Shown here: in pieces, positions 17,744 to 28,258 of the stretch
How the letters are laid out: each line of letters begins with the position of its first letter
Position numbering within the stretch: the stretch's first letter is position 1
Source of the DNA: Coleofasciculus chthonoplastes F2-STO-03
Lineage (GTDB): Bacteria > Cyanobacteriota > Cyanobacteriia > Cyanobacteriales > Coleofasciculaceae
Length of the DNA: 29,015 bases
NCBI GenBank assembly: GCA_040222015.1
Contig: JAVJWO010000080.1
Coordinates: 1-29,015, forward strand
Reading direction: 5' to 3'
Position numbers and translations under genes: made by a program
Notes under the pieces: model-generated
What the model was told of the DNA's origin: nothing
The model's input: the letters and a program-made list of their open reading frames with translations, nothing else
Database searches by the model: none

Positions 17744-19756
17744 ATGCCCTATTCAGATTTATCTCCGCTGTGGATTTCTCTAAAAACCGCATTTGTCGCT
17801 ACAATCTTCGCTTTATTAGTGGGAATTACTGCCGCCCTATGGATGTATGGCTATCGTGGTAAAGCCAAAGGATTAATTGATGGGTTGTTTACCCTGCCGT
17901 TGGTACTACCACCGACGGTTATCGGTTTTCTGCTACTGCTACTTTTGGGCAGAAATAGTCCTGTGGGACAACTATTAAAACAAATGGGAATTACGGTCAT
18001 ATTTTCTTGGTCAGCTACAGTAATCGCGGCTACAGTTGTGGCGTTTCCTTTAATGTATAAAACGGTACTGAGTGCCTTTGAACAAATTGACAAAGATTTG
18101 ATTCATTGCGCTCGGACATTAGGGGCATCAGAATGGCGAATTTTTTGGCAGATTCTGTTACCTTTGGCATTACCTGGCGTGGTTTCAGGAACAATTTTAG
18201 CCTTTGCCAGGGCTTTAGGAGAATTTGGTGCCACATTAATGTTAGCGGGTAGTATTCCGGGTAAAACTCAAACCATGCCGATCGCGATCTTTTTTGCGGC
18301 AGAAGCAGGTAAGATGGACGAGGCGTTAAATTGGGTGCTGCTGATGGTCGCGATCGCACTCGGAGTAATTGCCGCAATCAACTACTGGTCAGGAACACAG
18401 CACTCCGCCAAGTGGCACGCGATCGCGCATTGGTTATCAGTTGCAACGGATTTTGTAAATGTAATACCATTCTTTAATCATGCCACGAAAAACCCTCCCG
18501 GCTATCGCCATTCTCCCTTAGCAAGGAGGGACTACAGGCAATGCTTTTCCAATAAACCAAACCTAACCCCCCCAGCCCCCCTTCCCTGCAAGGGAATGGG
18601 GGAGTCGGACACCCCTCTCCTTGTAGGAGAGGGGTTGGGGGAGAGGTTAACTAAACAGTCTTGGAACTACAGGGGAGTTAGATATGGCAATAAAGGACTT
18701 TTTGTTAACCTGAAAAAACAGTTACCTGGGTTTACCTTAGACGCAAAATTAGAAGCCAATGGACAACCATTAGGACTCTTAGGCACGTCCGGTTCGGGTA
18801 AAAGTATGACACTGCGGTGCATTGCAGGATTAGACTCACCCAACCAGGGGCGAATTGTTCTCAATGGGCGAGTTTTATTTGATTCGCAACGCGGAATTAA
18901 TCTTCCTAGCCGCCAACGTAGAATTGGTTTTGTGTTTCAAAATTACGCCCTGTTTCCCCATTTAACCATTACCCAAAATATCGCCTTTGGTCTGCAAGAT
19001 TTGCCCAAACTTGAACGCAGACAGCGCGTTGCCAAATATATGGATATGATGCAGTTGCAAGGCTTAGAAAACCGTTACCCTGAGCAAATTTCTGGCGGAC
19101 AGCAGCAGCGAGTTGCTTTAGCTAGGGCTTTGGCAATTCAGCCAGAAGCCTTACTCTTAGATGAACCGCTTTCCGCTCTGGATACGTATTTACGCAGCCG
19201 GATTGAAAGGCTGCTGAGTGAAACGCTTTCCACTTATGAAGGCGTGACACTATTCGTTACTCATAAGCTAGAAGAAGCTTATCGAATTTGCCAGAATTTG
19301 TTGATTCTTTCCCAGGGAAACGTGATTGCTAATGATACCAAAGAAAATATTTTTGAGCGTCCTCCTAGCTTTGAAGTTGCACAGGTTACTGAATGTAAAA
19401 ACTTTTCCGCCGCCCAGATGATTGAATACCAAAAAATTGAGGCGCTAGACTGGGGCTGTACGCTTCAGGTGGTTGAACCAATTCCTGACGGATTAACTTA
19501 TGTGGGAATTCGCGCCCACCACTTCACCTTTCCTAACCATCCCGATGGAGAGAATACCTTTCCCTGTTGGCTGGTGATGACCAGTGAGACGCAACACCGA
19601 ACAACGTTATATATCAAACTACATCATCCTCCTGATCATTCCCAACACTACCACCTGCAAGTTGAGGTTTACAAGGAAAAATGGGCTAACCTCAAAGACC
19701 GCCCCTTTCCCTGGTATGTTTGTTTAGATGCGCTGCGACTAATCTTGATGGAATAA
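17744..19756 (+). CDS. modBC: Fused molybdate ABC permease + ATPase (ModB-ModC)
   Basis: N-terminal LPLVLPPTVIG, FARALGEFGAT; C-terminal GTSGSGKS, ISGGQQQRVALARAL, LLLDEP, VTH; long linker made of repeat DNA. Confidence 0.93.
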   Translation: MPYSDLSPLWISLKTAFVATIFALLVGITAALWMYGYRGKAKGLIDGLFTLPLVLPPTVIGFLLLLLLGRNSPVGQLLKQMGITVIFSWSATVIAATVVAFPLMYKTVLSAFEQIDKDLIHCARTLGASEWRIFWQILLPLALPGVVSGTILAFARALGEFGATLMLAGSIPGKTQTMPIAIFFAAEAGKMDEALNWVLLMVAIALGVIAAINYWSGTQHSAKWHAIAHWLSVATDFVNVIPFFNHATKNPPGYRHSPLARRDYRQCFSNKPNLTPPAPLPCKGMGESDTPLLVGEGLGERLTKQSWNYRGVRYGNKGLFVNLKKQLPGFTLDAKLEANGQPLGLLGTSGSGKSMTLRCIAGLDSPNQGRIVLNGRVLFDSQRGINLPSRQRRIGFVFQNYALFPHLTITQNIAFGLQDLPKLERRQRVAKYMDMMQLQGLENRYPEQISGGQQQRVALARALAIQPEALLLDEPLSALDTYLRSRIERLLSETLSTYEGVTLFVTHKLEEAYRICQNLLILSQGNVIANDTKENIFERPPSFEVAQVTECKNFSAAQMIEYQKIEALDWGCTLQVVEPIPDGLTYVGIRAHHFTFPNHPDGENTFPCWLVMTSETQHRTTLYIKLHHPPDHSQHYHLQVEVYKEKWANLKDRPFPWYVCLDALRLILME

Positions 19757-19910
19757 TAGCTAACTATTATGTCCGGAAACCTTGACAAAAACTGGGATCT
19801 CCATACTTGTCACCCCAGGTATTCTTATGTATAAGAAAAGGTTAAAATAGGGTTAAAATTACAGAACGTCCCTAAGCATAAGGGACGGGAAACCAGATAC
19901 TATTTGGCTA

Positions 19911-20108
19911 ATGCTCAAGGTAGGAACCTTAATTCGGGTTATCCACCCTGAATATGCTGCGGGTATTCAGGGGATTATCCAAGGTCGTGAAGAGTCAGGA
20001 CGTTGGGTAGTCCGCTTAGAACAAAATTTAATGAATCCGAAGGACGTTCCTTTGATTGTGTCTCTGGATGAATCTGACTTTGAAGTGATTCAGCCTGAGG
20101 AGTCGTGA
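19911..20108 (+). CDS. Small hypothetical protein (predicted beta-rich, SH3/KOW-like pattern)
   Basis: ATG start, isolated ORF, pattern LKVGTLIRV.HP.YAAG..G.I. Confidence 0.6.
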   Translation: MLKVGTLIRVIHPEYAAGIQGIIQGREESGRWVVRLEQNLMNPKDVPLIVSLDESDFEVIQPEES

Positions 20109-20433
20109 GGTTAATTTTTGATCAGCCTGTTTGCATTAGTGCGTCTCTAGTTCATTAATTGTAAAATTTTTTAATTTTATAGTAATAAATTGCAACAGTT
20201 CTCAGGAAAAAATCATCCCAAAAAGATATCTCAAATACAAAAAACTACAGGATAGGCTGAGATACTACCCATGAGATGAGCTATCTCATGCCATTTACTT
20301 GGAACATTGCACTGAATATTTACCCCGGCAAACCTTTCTTTAGTCAGGGTAGGTGGCGTAAGCGTTAGGCTAGAGCAAGTGCAACTTTATCCAGAATTGG
20401 TATTACCCAGGTTTCTAATGGAGGTCAGCAAAG

Positions 20434-20652
20434 ATGTCTCAAGACAATGTGATCAATTTACTCGAAGCAGGCGGAAAAGATAAAAAATTGCGAGCTAAGT
20501 ACGACGCACTCAAAACCAAGGAAGAGTTTGTAGAAATGGCGGCTACTGATGGTTACGAGTTTACCGTGGTTGAACTGGAGGCTGTTTTGAACGAAGCTGG
20601 AGACTCGTGGGAGGAGTCAGGCTTTCCACCCCGACGCTTGATTTGGTGGTAG
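20434..20652 (+). CDS. Nif11-like domain small protein
   Basis: MSQDNV..LL....D..LR........EEFVEMA...GYEFTVVEL Nif11 pattern; RBS GGAGG. Confidence 0.8.
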   Translation: MSQDNVINLLEAGGKDKKLRAKYDALKTKEEFVEMAATDGYEFTVVELEAVLNEAGDSWEESGFPPRRLIWW

Positions 20653-20659
20653 GTTGTAA

Positions 20660-20764
20660 TTTGTCATTTGTCATTTGTCATTTGTCATTTGTCATTTGTC
20701 ATTTGTCATTCGTCATTCGTCATTCGTCATTCGTCAGAGAATAGGGAACAGGGAACAGGGAACA
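20660..20764. repeat. STRR heptamer arrays (TTGTCAT/TCGTCAT ~11x; GGGAACA 3x)
   Basis: Directly visible tandem heptamers. Confidence 0.92.
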
Positions 20765-20860
20765 GCCCACCAGTCTTAAGTCAGTGACATTCCCCTTAAG
20801 TTAAAGGGTTAGGGTGATCACAAATCTACTGAAGTCAGCTTGATGTGGGAAAGCCAACCT

Positions 20861-21364
20861 CTACTCCAATTCCTCGACCAACTCACTCGGTTCACCCGGA
20901 TAAAAGCTATCCTCTAAAATTTCCGCCAAACTGTAGGGACAAGTCTGGGGAAAGGTTGGCTCTGGCAAGTCAGTTTCTCCCATTGCCAGATCTCTACCGT
21001 TCTCGTAAGCTAAAACCAGTGCATCCTCAAGGTAAGGCTTTAGGCTTGGGTTGTCTTTGAGCAACTGTGACGTATCACGGCGCTGTACGCGAATCGTCGC
21101 CAGCCAACTCCGACTCCGGCGTTGCGGTTGGTACTCCCATTTCAACAAATGTCCAATCAGTACCGTCAACCGATTTCGCAATTCCTGGCATTGCTGTTTC
21201 CCCAAGGATTCAATCTCCTCAATCAGATTGCCCAAATCAAGCTGACTCCACTGCTGTTGGTGGAGTAACGATGCTTGTTCCTGCGTCCAAGCATAAAAAT
21301 CGGTTTCGTAGAGGTTGGGTGTAGGTATTGCTGTCTGTTGATTCGTTTCTGGCACTGGCATCAC
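20861..21364 (-). CDS. DUF29 family protein
   Basis: LYETDFYAW..EQA, LD..NLIEEIESLG, HLLKW.YQP..RSRSW..TI, NPSLK, CPY. Confidence 0.93.
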   Translation of the reverse strand: MMPVPETNQQTAIPTPNLYETDFYAWTQEQASLLHQQQWSQLDLGNLIEEIESLGKQQCQELRNRLTVLIGHLLKWEYQPQRRSRSWLATIRVQRRDTSQLLKDNPSLKPYLEDALVLAYENGRDLAMGETDLPEPTFPQTCPYSLAEILEDSFYPGEPSELVEELE

Positions 21365-21449
21365 GATTTTCCCACCTCAACGTCTCTCTATATAATAGTA
21401 AAACTGTTCTATGTAGGCGCGATCGCTTATTAGCTAGGACATCGGTCAA

Positions 21450-21515
21450 GAAACCGGGTTATGCAGGGTGAAAGCTTGATATTTCGTTGTCATCCTCACG
21501 AGAAACCCGGTTTCT
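21450..21515. repeat. GAAACCGGGTT...AACCCGGTTTC inverted-repeat element
   Basis: 11-bp perfect inverted arms around a ~44-bp spacer. Confidence 0.7.
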
Positions 21516-21807
21516 CATAATACTTCGATAAAATTGACGACGAACATACAAAGAAATAGTTATGAGGTTTTATGAAGTTTTCATTTTATTTAATTAACCA
21601 ATAAAAATGTTTTGGATTGTTAGCTCTCCCCAACTATTCTTTTATTTTTGTGAGGTTTTATGGTTTACATAACCCAGATGATCAACGAAACTAATAAATA
21701 GGTGTTCCCCACCGATTGATCTGTGAATCTACCAGGGTAAAGCCGCCCAACCGGGCTGAAATACCCGACTCGGTTGTAAATTTAGATAGTATGACAGGGG
21801 AAGAACA

Positions 21808-22674
21808 ATGTTTAATTTAACAGGGGTGCTAGTTCGCGATTGTGTCGAACGCCTACAAGTCGGCTACCGCCAGACTTACGGAAATTCTCAACCCGATTAT
21901 GCTGAGGTTATCGCTGGAGTGGCTCAAGTGGCTCTAGAACAGATTACCCAGAGTGATGCTCTATACCACAATGTTGAACATACCATTTTGGTAAGCTTAG
22001 TCGGACAAGAAATCCTTCGAGGAAAACATATCCTAGACGGAAACGTTTCCCGTCAAGATTGGCTCACGTCAATTGTGTCTTGGTTATGCCATGACATCGG
22101 CTATATTAAGGGGATTTGCCGAAATGACCAACCGGATCAACGATTGTACGTGATTGGTCTTGATGATATGATGATATCCTTGCCCCAGGGGGCAACCGAT
22201 GCGAGTTTGACATCCTATCATGTTGACCGAGGAAAGCGGTTTGTGGACGAGTATTTTGGCGCTCATCCCTTCATTGATTGTGCCATCGTAAAACGCAATA
22301 TTGAGTTAACCCGTTTCCCAGTACCTGCTGATCACGCCCATCAAGATACGATTAATTATCCGGGTTTGACTCGTGCGGCTGATTTGATTGGTCAGCTTAG
22401 TGATCCACGTTACTTACAAAAGATTCCCGCATTGTTTGGTGAGTTTGAAGAAAGTGGCGCAAATAAGATTTTAGGCTATCACAATCCGGGTGAACTGCGG
22501 CAAAACTACCCCAATTTTTTCTGGACAATTGTGTTACAATACATCCAACCTGCTTTGCGTTATTTAGAGGTAACCAGAATTGGTCAACAGATTATTGCCA
22601 ATCTGTATGGTAATGTCTTACAGGTTGAACAGGAAAATAGGGTAAGCCCAAAGAAGGTTGCCATGTTTGTTTAA
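21808..22674 (+). CDS. HD-domain metal-dependent phosphohydrolase (Npun_R2479-like; PDE-like YHNxxH motif)
   Basis: ALYHNVEHT, CHDIGY, YHVDRG, RAADLIGQL. Confidence 0.85.
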   Translation: MFNLTGVLVRDCVERLQVGYRQTYGNSQPDYAEVIAGVAQVALEQITQSDALYHNVEHTILVSLVGQEILRGKHILDGNVSRQDWLTSIVSWLCHDIGYIKGICRNDQPDQRLYVIGLDDMMISLPQGATDASLTSYHVDRGKRFVDEYFGAHPFIDCAIVKRNIELTRFPVPADHAHQDTINYPGLTRAADLIGQLSDPRYLQKIPALFGEFEESGANKILGYHNPGELRQNYPNFFWTIVLQYIQPALRYLEVTRIGQQIIANLYGNVLQVEQENRVSPKKVAMFV

Positions 22675-22859
22675 ACTATTCGGCATTTAAAGCTTAATGT
22701 CAACACCTGCAAAATCCTTGTCAGGCGAGCCAGCAAGCTCGCTACCCATTCCCAATTTAAATGCGTGACCGATTACCTCTTTGACTGTAACTTGGTATCA
22801 AGTCATCTTTAGACGACGATATAAGAGTTTTAGTCCATTTAAATAGACTTAAGCGATTA

Positions 22860-22881
22860 GCCCGGAGTTTAAACTCCGGGC
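22860..22881. terminator. Perfect palindrome between convergent genes (possible terminator or dispersed repeat)
   Basis: GCCCGGAGTTTAAACTCCGGGC, 12 bp after the cyclase stop codon. Confidence 0.45.
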
Positions 22882-22893
22882 AGGTGTTGGGGT

Positions 22894-24807
22894 TTACACA
22901 GAATTGATATTAGGATTCAGATGACAGCGTTGCTGATAAATTTGCGCCACCTGATCCGCTGGGTTTTGGCGCAAACAGGCTTCAAACAGTTGTAGCGCTT
23001 CTGCATAAGCCTGTTGATTATACAGAGACAACGCTAAGGCAAATCGGTCTTGATTTGCCAGTTTACCCTCTCGGACTTCCGGTAAGTCAGCATCAAAGAT
23101 TTCATAGACAGTCACCAGTTCAGATTTGCCTTTGACTTTGACGTGATCAATCATGCGGATAGCATAGTCGTAGGGATTTTGTAATTGTTTGAACGTGTGG
23201 TGAGAAATTAATAATGATACGCCATAATTTTTGGTTAAGCCTTCCAAACGAGCCGCTAAATTCACCGCATCACTAATCACAGTGGTGTCCATCCGGTTAT
23301 ATCCGCCCACAGTCCCTAACATTAATGTTCCTGTATTAATGCCCATACCTAGTTGAATGGCTCGATAATTACAGTTAGCTCGATGTTGATTATATTCAGT
23401 TAACTGATGCAACATGGCAATTCCGGCTTTAACCGCATCATCCGCACCGCCACTAAAGAGTGCCATAATCGCATCCCCAATATATTTATCAATAAATCCT
23501 TGATTTTTAATAATAGTGGGTTCCATTCGGGATAGATAGGAATTGATGAATTTAAAATTCTCTTCAGGGGTCATCCCTTCCGAAAGAGCAGTGAAGTCGC
23601 GAATATCCGAAAATAACACGGACATTTCTTTCTCAACTTGGTCGCCTAACTTAACATCAATAATAGTCTCCTTATTGAGTAACTGGAGAAATTGACCCGG
23701 CACAAAGCGAGAAAAAGCATGATTGAGTTTATTCAGATGACCTGTAAACTTGAGTCGTTCGGCTTCCCCCCGTTTGCGTTCGGTGATATCGTTCAGCACG
23801 ACAATGGCGTAGCTAACATTTCCCTTGTCATCAAAGATGGGGGTTCCTAAAACCTCAATCGGCACTATTTTGTCGGGCTGGTGAATTTCTATCCCTTCAT
23901 AGATGGAATTTTTACCGTTAAGTGCTTGGATAATTGGCTCAAGATTGGCGGGATAGATTTTCTCAGATTTAGGAGAATAAATTGGATAAATTTCGGGTAG
24001 CTGATTGGCAGGATTGGTGGGAATTAGACCTTGCCCAAAAAGTTTCTTTGCCGTCTGATTGGCATAGTAGGGTATACCGTTTTGATCAACGACAAAAACG
24101 CCGACAGGTATCGCTTCTAAGAATTGAGTGAGCCGACTTTCACTATCTCGTAATTGATCTTGAGCCTCCAGCCGTTGATTAATTTCGCGATAAATGTGAT
24201 AATAGACAAAAACAAGAATACCTAAGTCAAAAATGAGTCCAATGGAGAAAATCCATATTGTCGTATGGACTGTGCCTTGAGTGTGCTGCGATCGCGCATA
24301 CAATAGCCGCTCTTCCTCCGCCTTCATCTGATGAAAGATATCGCGGATCTGATCCATGATCAGTTTGCCTTCGTTTGTGTTGACAATCGCTAAAGCCGCG
24401 TCCAATCCTTGCTCGTTTCTTAAGTTAATTGTTTGCTCAAGTTCGGCAAACTTGGTATTAATTAAAGGGACGACTAGCTCTAACTTTTGTTGATGGTAAG
24501 GGTTGTCTACTGTCAAGTCTTGTAGCTGCTTGATATCATCTTCGACTTTATCAATGGCTTTTTGATAGGGTTCCAGATAGCGCTGTTCACCCGTGAGAAG
24601 ATAACCCCGCTGTCCCGTTTCGGCATCCGTAATTTCAGCTAAGACTTCTTCAAGTTTCGTTAATACTTTTTTGGTATGGAGTTCTTTGTGATTTGTCTCT
24701 CTCAGGCGAAATGCGCTATAATATCCACTTAAACTAACGATCACGATCAGGCTAGAGGTTAGTCCAAATCCTACGACGATTTTTCGTTGTATCGATAATT
24801 TTATCAT
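22894..24807 (-). CDS. Membrane class III adenylate cyclase: TM-CHASE3-TM-PAS-cyclase with TPR-like tail
   Basis: DAETGQRGYLLTG (CHASE3), PAS ending DITERK, FSDIRDFT, DKYIGDAIMALF, TVISDAVNLAARLE. Confidence 0.92.
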   Translation of the reverse strand: MIKLSIQRKIVVGFGLTSSLIVIVSLSGYYSAFRLRETNHKELHTKKVLTKLEEVLAEITDAETGQRGYLLTGEQRYLEPYQKAIDKVEDDIKQLQDLTVDNPYHQQKLELVVPLINTKFAELEQTINLRNEQGLDAALAIVNTNEGKLIMDQIRDIFHQMKAEEERLLYARSQHTQGTVHTTIWIFSIGLIFDLGILVFVYYHIYREINQRLEAQDQLRDSESRLTQFLEAIPVGVFVVDQNGIPYYANQTAKKLFGQGLIPTNPANQLPEIYPIYSPKSEKIYPANLEPIIQALNGKNSIYEGIEIHQPDKIVPIEVLGTPIFDDKGNVSYAIVVLNDITERKRGEAERLKFTGHLNKLNHAFSRFVPGQFLQLLNKETIIDVKLGDQVEKEMSVLFSDIRDFTALSEGMTPEENFKFINSYLSRMEPTIIKNQGFIDKYIGDAIMALFSGGADDAVKAGIAMLHQLTEYNQHRANCNYRAIQLGMGINTGTLMLGTVGGYNRMDTTVISDAVNLAARLEGLTKNYGVSLLISHHTFKQLQNPYDYAIRMIDHVKVKGKSELVTVYEIFDADLPEVREGKLANQDRFALALSLYNQQAYAEALQLFEACLRQNPADQVAQIYQQRCHLNPNINSV

Positions 24808-25150
24808 AAAGGGTAGAGTTTAACTGATAAAACTCTGATTCGGGTTAAACGGTAAAACACCTATTCAGGTATAATTTATCTTTTTCCGCAACTTTAAAAA
24901 ATAATGATATTTTTTGTGACAAACCAAACTAGGCATAAATTATTTTTTTAGATAGAAATCATGCCAAAACTGGGCTGTTTATTCTTTGTTCAGAGGAATA
25001 CGTCTCGCTTTCAGAGGATAAGAATATAACCAGCATTTTACCGATACAGTTTCGGTTTTGGCAAATGCTGGTTAAAAAAATTTATCTTCTTGGCTTTGTC
25101 CTTCTGTCAGGGAATGGGAATCTGGAAATTCAACAACATTCATTACCCCC

Positions 25151-25693
25151 CTAGACTTGACAAATAATCGCGCCCTTCAAAATTGCCCCACTCAGATTCG
25201 CACCATTGAGGTTCGCCTGATTCAGATTGGTATTTCTCAGGTTTGCTCCTTTCAGATTTGTTTCACTGAGATTAGCGCCTGTCAAATCAGCACCACTGAG
25301 ATTCGCATCAGTTAAATCCGCTCCTTTCAAGTTTGCGCCTCTGAGGTCAGCATTTCTTAAGAAAACAGCCATGAGGTTGGTATCGATTAAAATGGCTTGA
25401 CTGAGGTTGGTTGTATGGCAAATTGCTTCACAGAGATTCGCCCGACTGAGGTTGGCTCGACTGAGATTCGCCCGACTGAGATTGGCTCGACTGAGGTTGA
25501 AGTTTTGCAAATTATACTCACTGAGATTCAATCCACTCAGATCAACCTTACTAAAGTTCAGTTTGACTACATTGGCTTTACTCTGGTTTGAATTTAAGTT
25601 AATATTTTGCAGTCGCCATCGATTCCAATTTTCAACACCTTGTTTTAGGACAACTATATCGTTCGCATTTGCCACTTTGTATGACTCCTCCAA
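25151..25693 (-). CDS. Pentapeptide repeat protein (start codon uncertain)
   Basis: Repeated A(N/D)LSx pentapeptides; LKQGVENWNRWR N-terminal motif. Confidence 0.88.
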   Translation of the reverse strand: MEESYKVANANDIVVLKQGVENWNRWRLQNINLNSNQSKANVVKLNFSKVDLSGLNLSEYNLQNFNLSRANLSRANLSRANLSRANLCEAICHTTNLSQAILIDTNLMAVFLRNADLRGANLKGADLTDANLSGADLTGANLSETNLKGANLRNTNLNQANLNGANLSGAILKGAIICQV

Positions 25694-25974
25694 GTTTCAA
25701 CGTGATCACAGTATCGTTTTGTCAAAATTCTCTGAATCATTCATAATGGTGAGAATCGGGTCGATTTGGAGTCATAAAAATTGCTGAGATTGCTATTGAA
25801 TCAAGTGACTAACATTGAGTTCATGCCAGAAACGGGTGATGAAACAAATAGGGGTTTCATCGATCAATGTAACAAAAGTTTAAGACCTTATTCAGGTTAT
25901 CGGATAAGAAGTGCTTGGTCAAAACATAGAGGATTTTCTATGGCATAGCTATGAATTGGGGAAGTTTTGAGTGT

Positions 25975-26038
25975 GTAGGGGCGGGTTTAGGGAATCGCGT
26001 TTCGCTATTGACGATAACGTTTGTTCAAAACCCGCCCT
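25975..26038. repeat. REP-like palindromic element
   Basis: GTAGGGGCGGGTTT...AAACCCGCCCT. Confidence 0.85.
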
Positions 26039-26176
26039 GAGTGTTGAGTGTTGATCCTTCGCTTCGCTAATCGGACATGATTTCGACCCGGCGGGATCAT
26101 TGAGTGAGCCTGGTTTTAAGGAGTGTCGAGACTTAGTCGGTTACGTCTCTACACCCCCTGTCTCCTTAAAGGCGGG

Positions 26177-27136
26177 TTAAATGGCGGGTGCGATCGCGCT
26201 TTGGGTCCCCTGGGTGTCAATCGAGTGCGATCGCGCTATTGCAGAAATTCCCACCTTTTGCCAAGCGGATGCCATAGCGGTGACTACGGCTTCAGCTTGC
26301 ATCGGCTCGACAAGCGCCAACAAAGTCGGACCGGCGCCACTAATCGTCACTCCATAAGCCCCCGCTTTTAAGGCGGCGGTTTGTACCGCTTCATACCCCG
26401 GAATCAAAGCCTGTCGATAGGGTTGATGTAACTTATCCTGGAGGGCAGTTTGTAACCAATCACCTCGTCCCGTTGCCAAGGCGCGGATCAATAAGCCGAA
26501 ATGGGCGACATTAAAAATAGCATCCGCCCGACTCACTTGGGTGGGGAGTACCTGTCGCGCTTCTTGGGTGGAGAGTTCAAAATTGGGAATGGCGACGACA
26601 GGGATAATTTGATCATGCCAGGGAATATCACAAATCTCCCATTCCTTGAGAACCTCATCTCCCCGCGCCGCCAGACGACAGCCGCCCAACAAAGCGGGGA
26701 CAACATTATCCGGATGTCCTTCCAGCGCGATCGCTAATTCCATGATTTCGGTTTGACTCAGGGGTTCCCCAGCGAGTTGGTTAGCGCCAACCAATCCGCC
26801 GACAATCGCCGTGGCGGAACTTCCTAAGCCTCTGGCGAGGGGGACATCTAAATCAATTTTGAGTTGGACGGGGGGAGGTGTATGACCAATCTGGTTGTAT
26901 AGTTTCAGAAAGGCTTGGTAAGCCAGATTCGTTTCATCAGTTTTTACCTGGTTTGCCTCGACACCTGACACCCGAATTCTCACCGCCCGTTCCGTTTCCC
27001 AGGGAGTATCCGAACTCAGACGAGTAAACGTGAACTTGTTGTACAGAGTTAAGGCGGCGCCAATGCAATCAAATCCGGGACCTAAGTTGGCGGTTGTAGC
27101 AGGAACGGTAACGGTGACGGGAGAATGGATAGACAT
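26177..27136 (-). CDS. thrB: Homoserine kinase
   Basis: [43 protein letters not shown]; start placed at ATG 27136. Confidence 0.96.
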   Translation of the reverse strand: MSIHSPVTVTVPATTANLGPGFDCIGAALTLYNKFTFTRLSSDTPWETERAVRIRVSGVEANQVKTDETNLAYQAFLKLYNQIGHTPPPVQLKIDLDVPLARGLGSSATAIVGGLVGANQLAGEPLSQTEIMELAIALEGHPDNVVPALLGGCRLAARGDEVLKEWEICDIPWHDQIIPVVAIPNFELSTQEARQVLPTQVSRADAIFNVAHFGLLIRALATGRGDWLQTALQDKLHQPYRQALIPGYEAVQTAALKAGAYGVTISGAGPTLLALVEPMQAEAVVTAMASAWQKVGISAIARSHSIDTQGTQSAIAPAI

Positions 27137-27319
27137 TCGTGCGGGATTAAAAGATGCCAAGGGGAAATCTTACCAGATTCCCTGTATCAATGTAGAGACT
27201 CCTCATGCTACGTCTGTCCGTCTGCAGAATCTTCCCCCAACCGGGGGTTGAAACTGTTAAGCAGTTCCCTGTTAAGCAGTTCCCTCTCCTCACCCCCAAA
27301 CTTATTCAGCAGCCCCTAA

Positions 27320-28057
27320 TTAACGACGATTAATCAGAACATAACCCCTGGTTTTTTCTGAGGTAGAATCCACCGTCGCCATGGCTTGCCAGAGTTCTTC
27401 CGCTTTGACCCAAATGGGCGGATACTTGTAGCGGGACACATCTAAAATTAGAAAGCGATCATCCTGTTGATTATAAGCCGCGATCGGGGAAATATGTCCG
27501 CCCCGTTCCTGACCCATGGTTTTTCGTAAGTAGTTGACTAAGACGAAGTTATTGGGGTCTTGTAAATTCTCTACCACCATCTGACGGAATTCCTCCAGAG
27601 TCACCTCACTGGCGTGGTAAACTTCGGCGTTGAGGGGATAGGTTTCTAAGAGTTGACCTAATTCGTTTAAGGTCATCCCTTGACGGGCAATGACCGCAAC
27701 AGGGAGAATTTTTTCGGTTTGTTCATTTAAAACATTGTCTTGGGTAAAAATATGATATTCCCCGAAGTTAGCGGTTGGCGGTGCGGGGATAGAAAGGGCG
27801 TTGAGTACCATCACCATACTGGCGACGCCACAATAGGCTAAATTGTCCTGGGTTTCAAAATGGATACTTAAGGGGAAATAGTCCCGGCGAGCAATACTTT
27901 CAATGAGTAAGGTTTCTCCATCCTGGGAGTTGAGGTTAATCAAATCCTGGGATAGGGGCAATGTTTGGGGGAGGAGTTTACCTGTGGCAAAGGAAAACCC
28001 GATAATTCCGGCGCCTAGGGGAAGGCGAAGTGCTTTGAGAAACTTCAGTCGATGCAT
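27320..28057 (-). CDS. Prokaryotic phytochelatin synthase-like protein with N-terminal signal-like segment
   Basis: Q....YCGVAS..MVLNAL, GGHISP, LILDVSRYKYPP.WV (Cys-His-Asp triad). Confidence 0.92.
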   Translation of the reverse strand: MHRLKFLKALRLPLGAGIIGFSFATGKLLPQTLPLSQDLINLNSQDGETLLIESIARRDYFPLSIHFETQDNLAYCGVASMVMVLNALSIPAPPTANFGEYHIFTQDNVLNEQTEKILPVAVIARQGMTLNELGQLLETYPLNAEVYHASEVTLEEFRQMVVENLQDPNNFVLVNYLRKTMGQERGGHISPIAAYNQQDDRFLILDVSRYKYPPIWVKAEELWQAMATVDSTSEKTRGYVLINRR

Positions 28058-28258
28058 ATTGAGCTGGAGTGGTCGAATATCTTAATATGCTGATATTAAT
28101 CTGCTTTAGTGGAATTTTTGTGGGGGAACGTGATTTTAATGGCGGGGATGTTAATTAGATACCCAACTTCTTGAAGAAGTCGGGTATCTGGTTGAGAGTC
28201 ATGTTGAGAAAGGGCGCACGTCAGTGCGCCCCTACGGGGTTTTCGGGTTACTTTTTAT

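Noticed and set aside
20434..21364. RiPP biosynthetic gene cluster around the Nif11-like gene
   Set aside because: No LanM, radical SAM, YcaO or peptidase-transporter gene adjacent.
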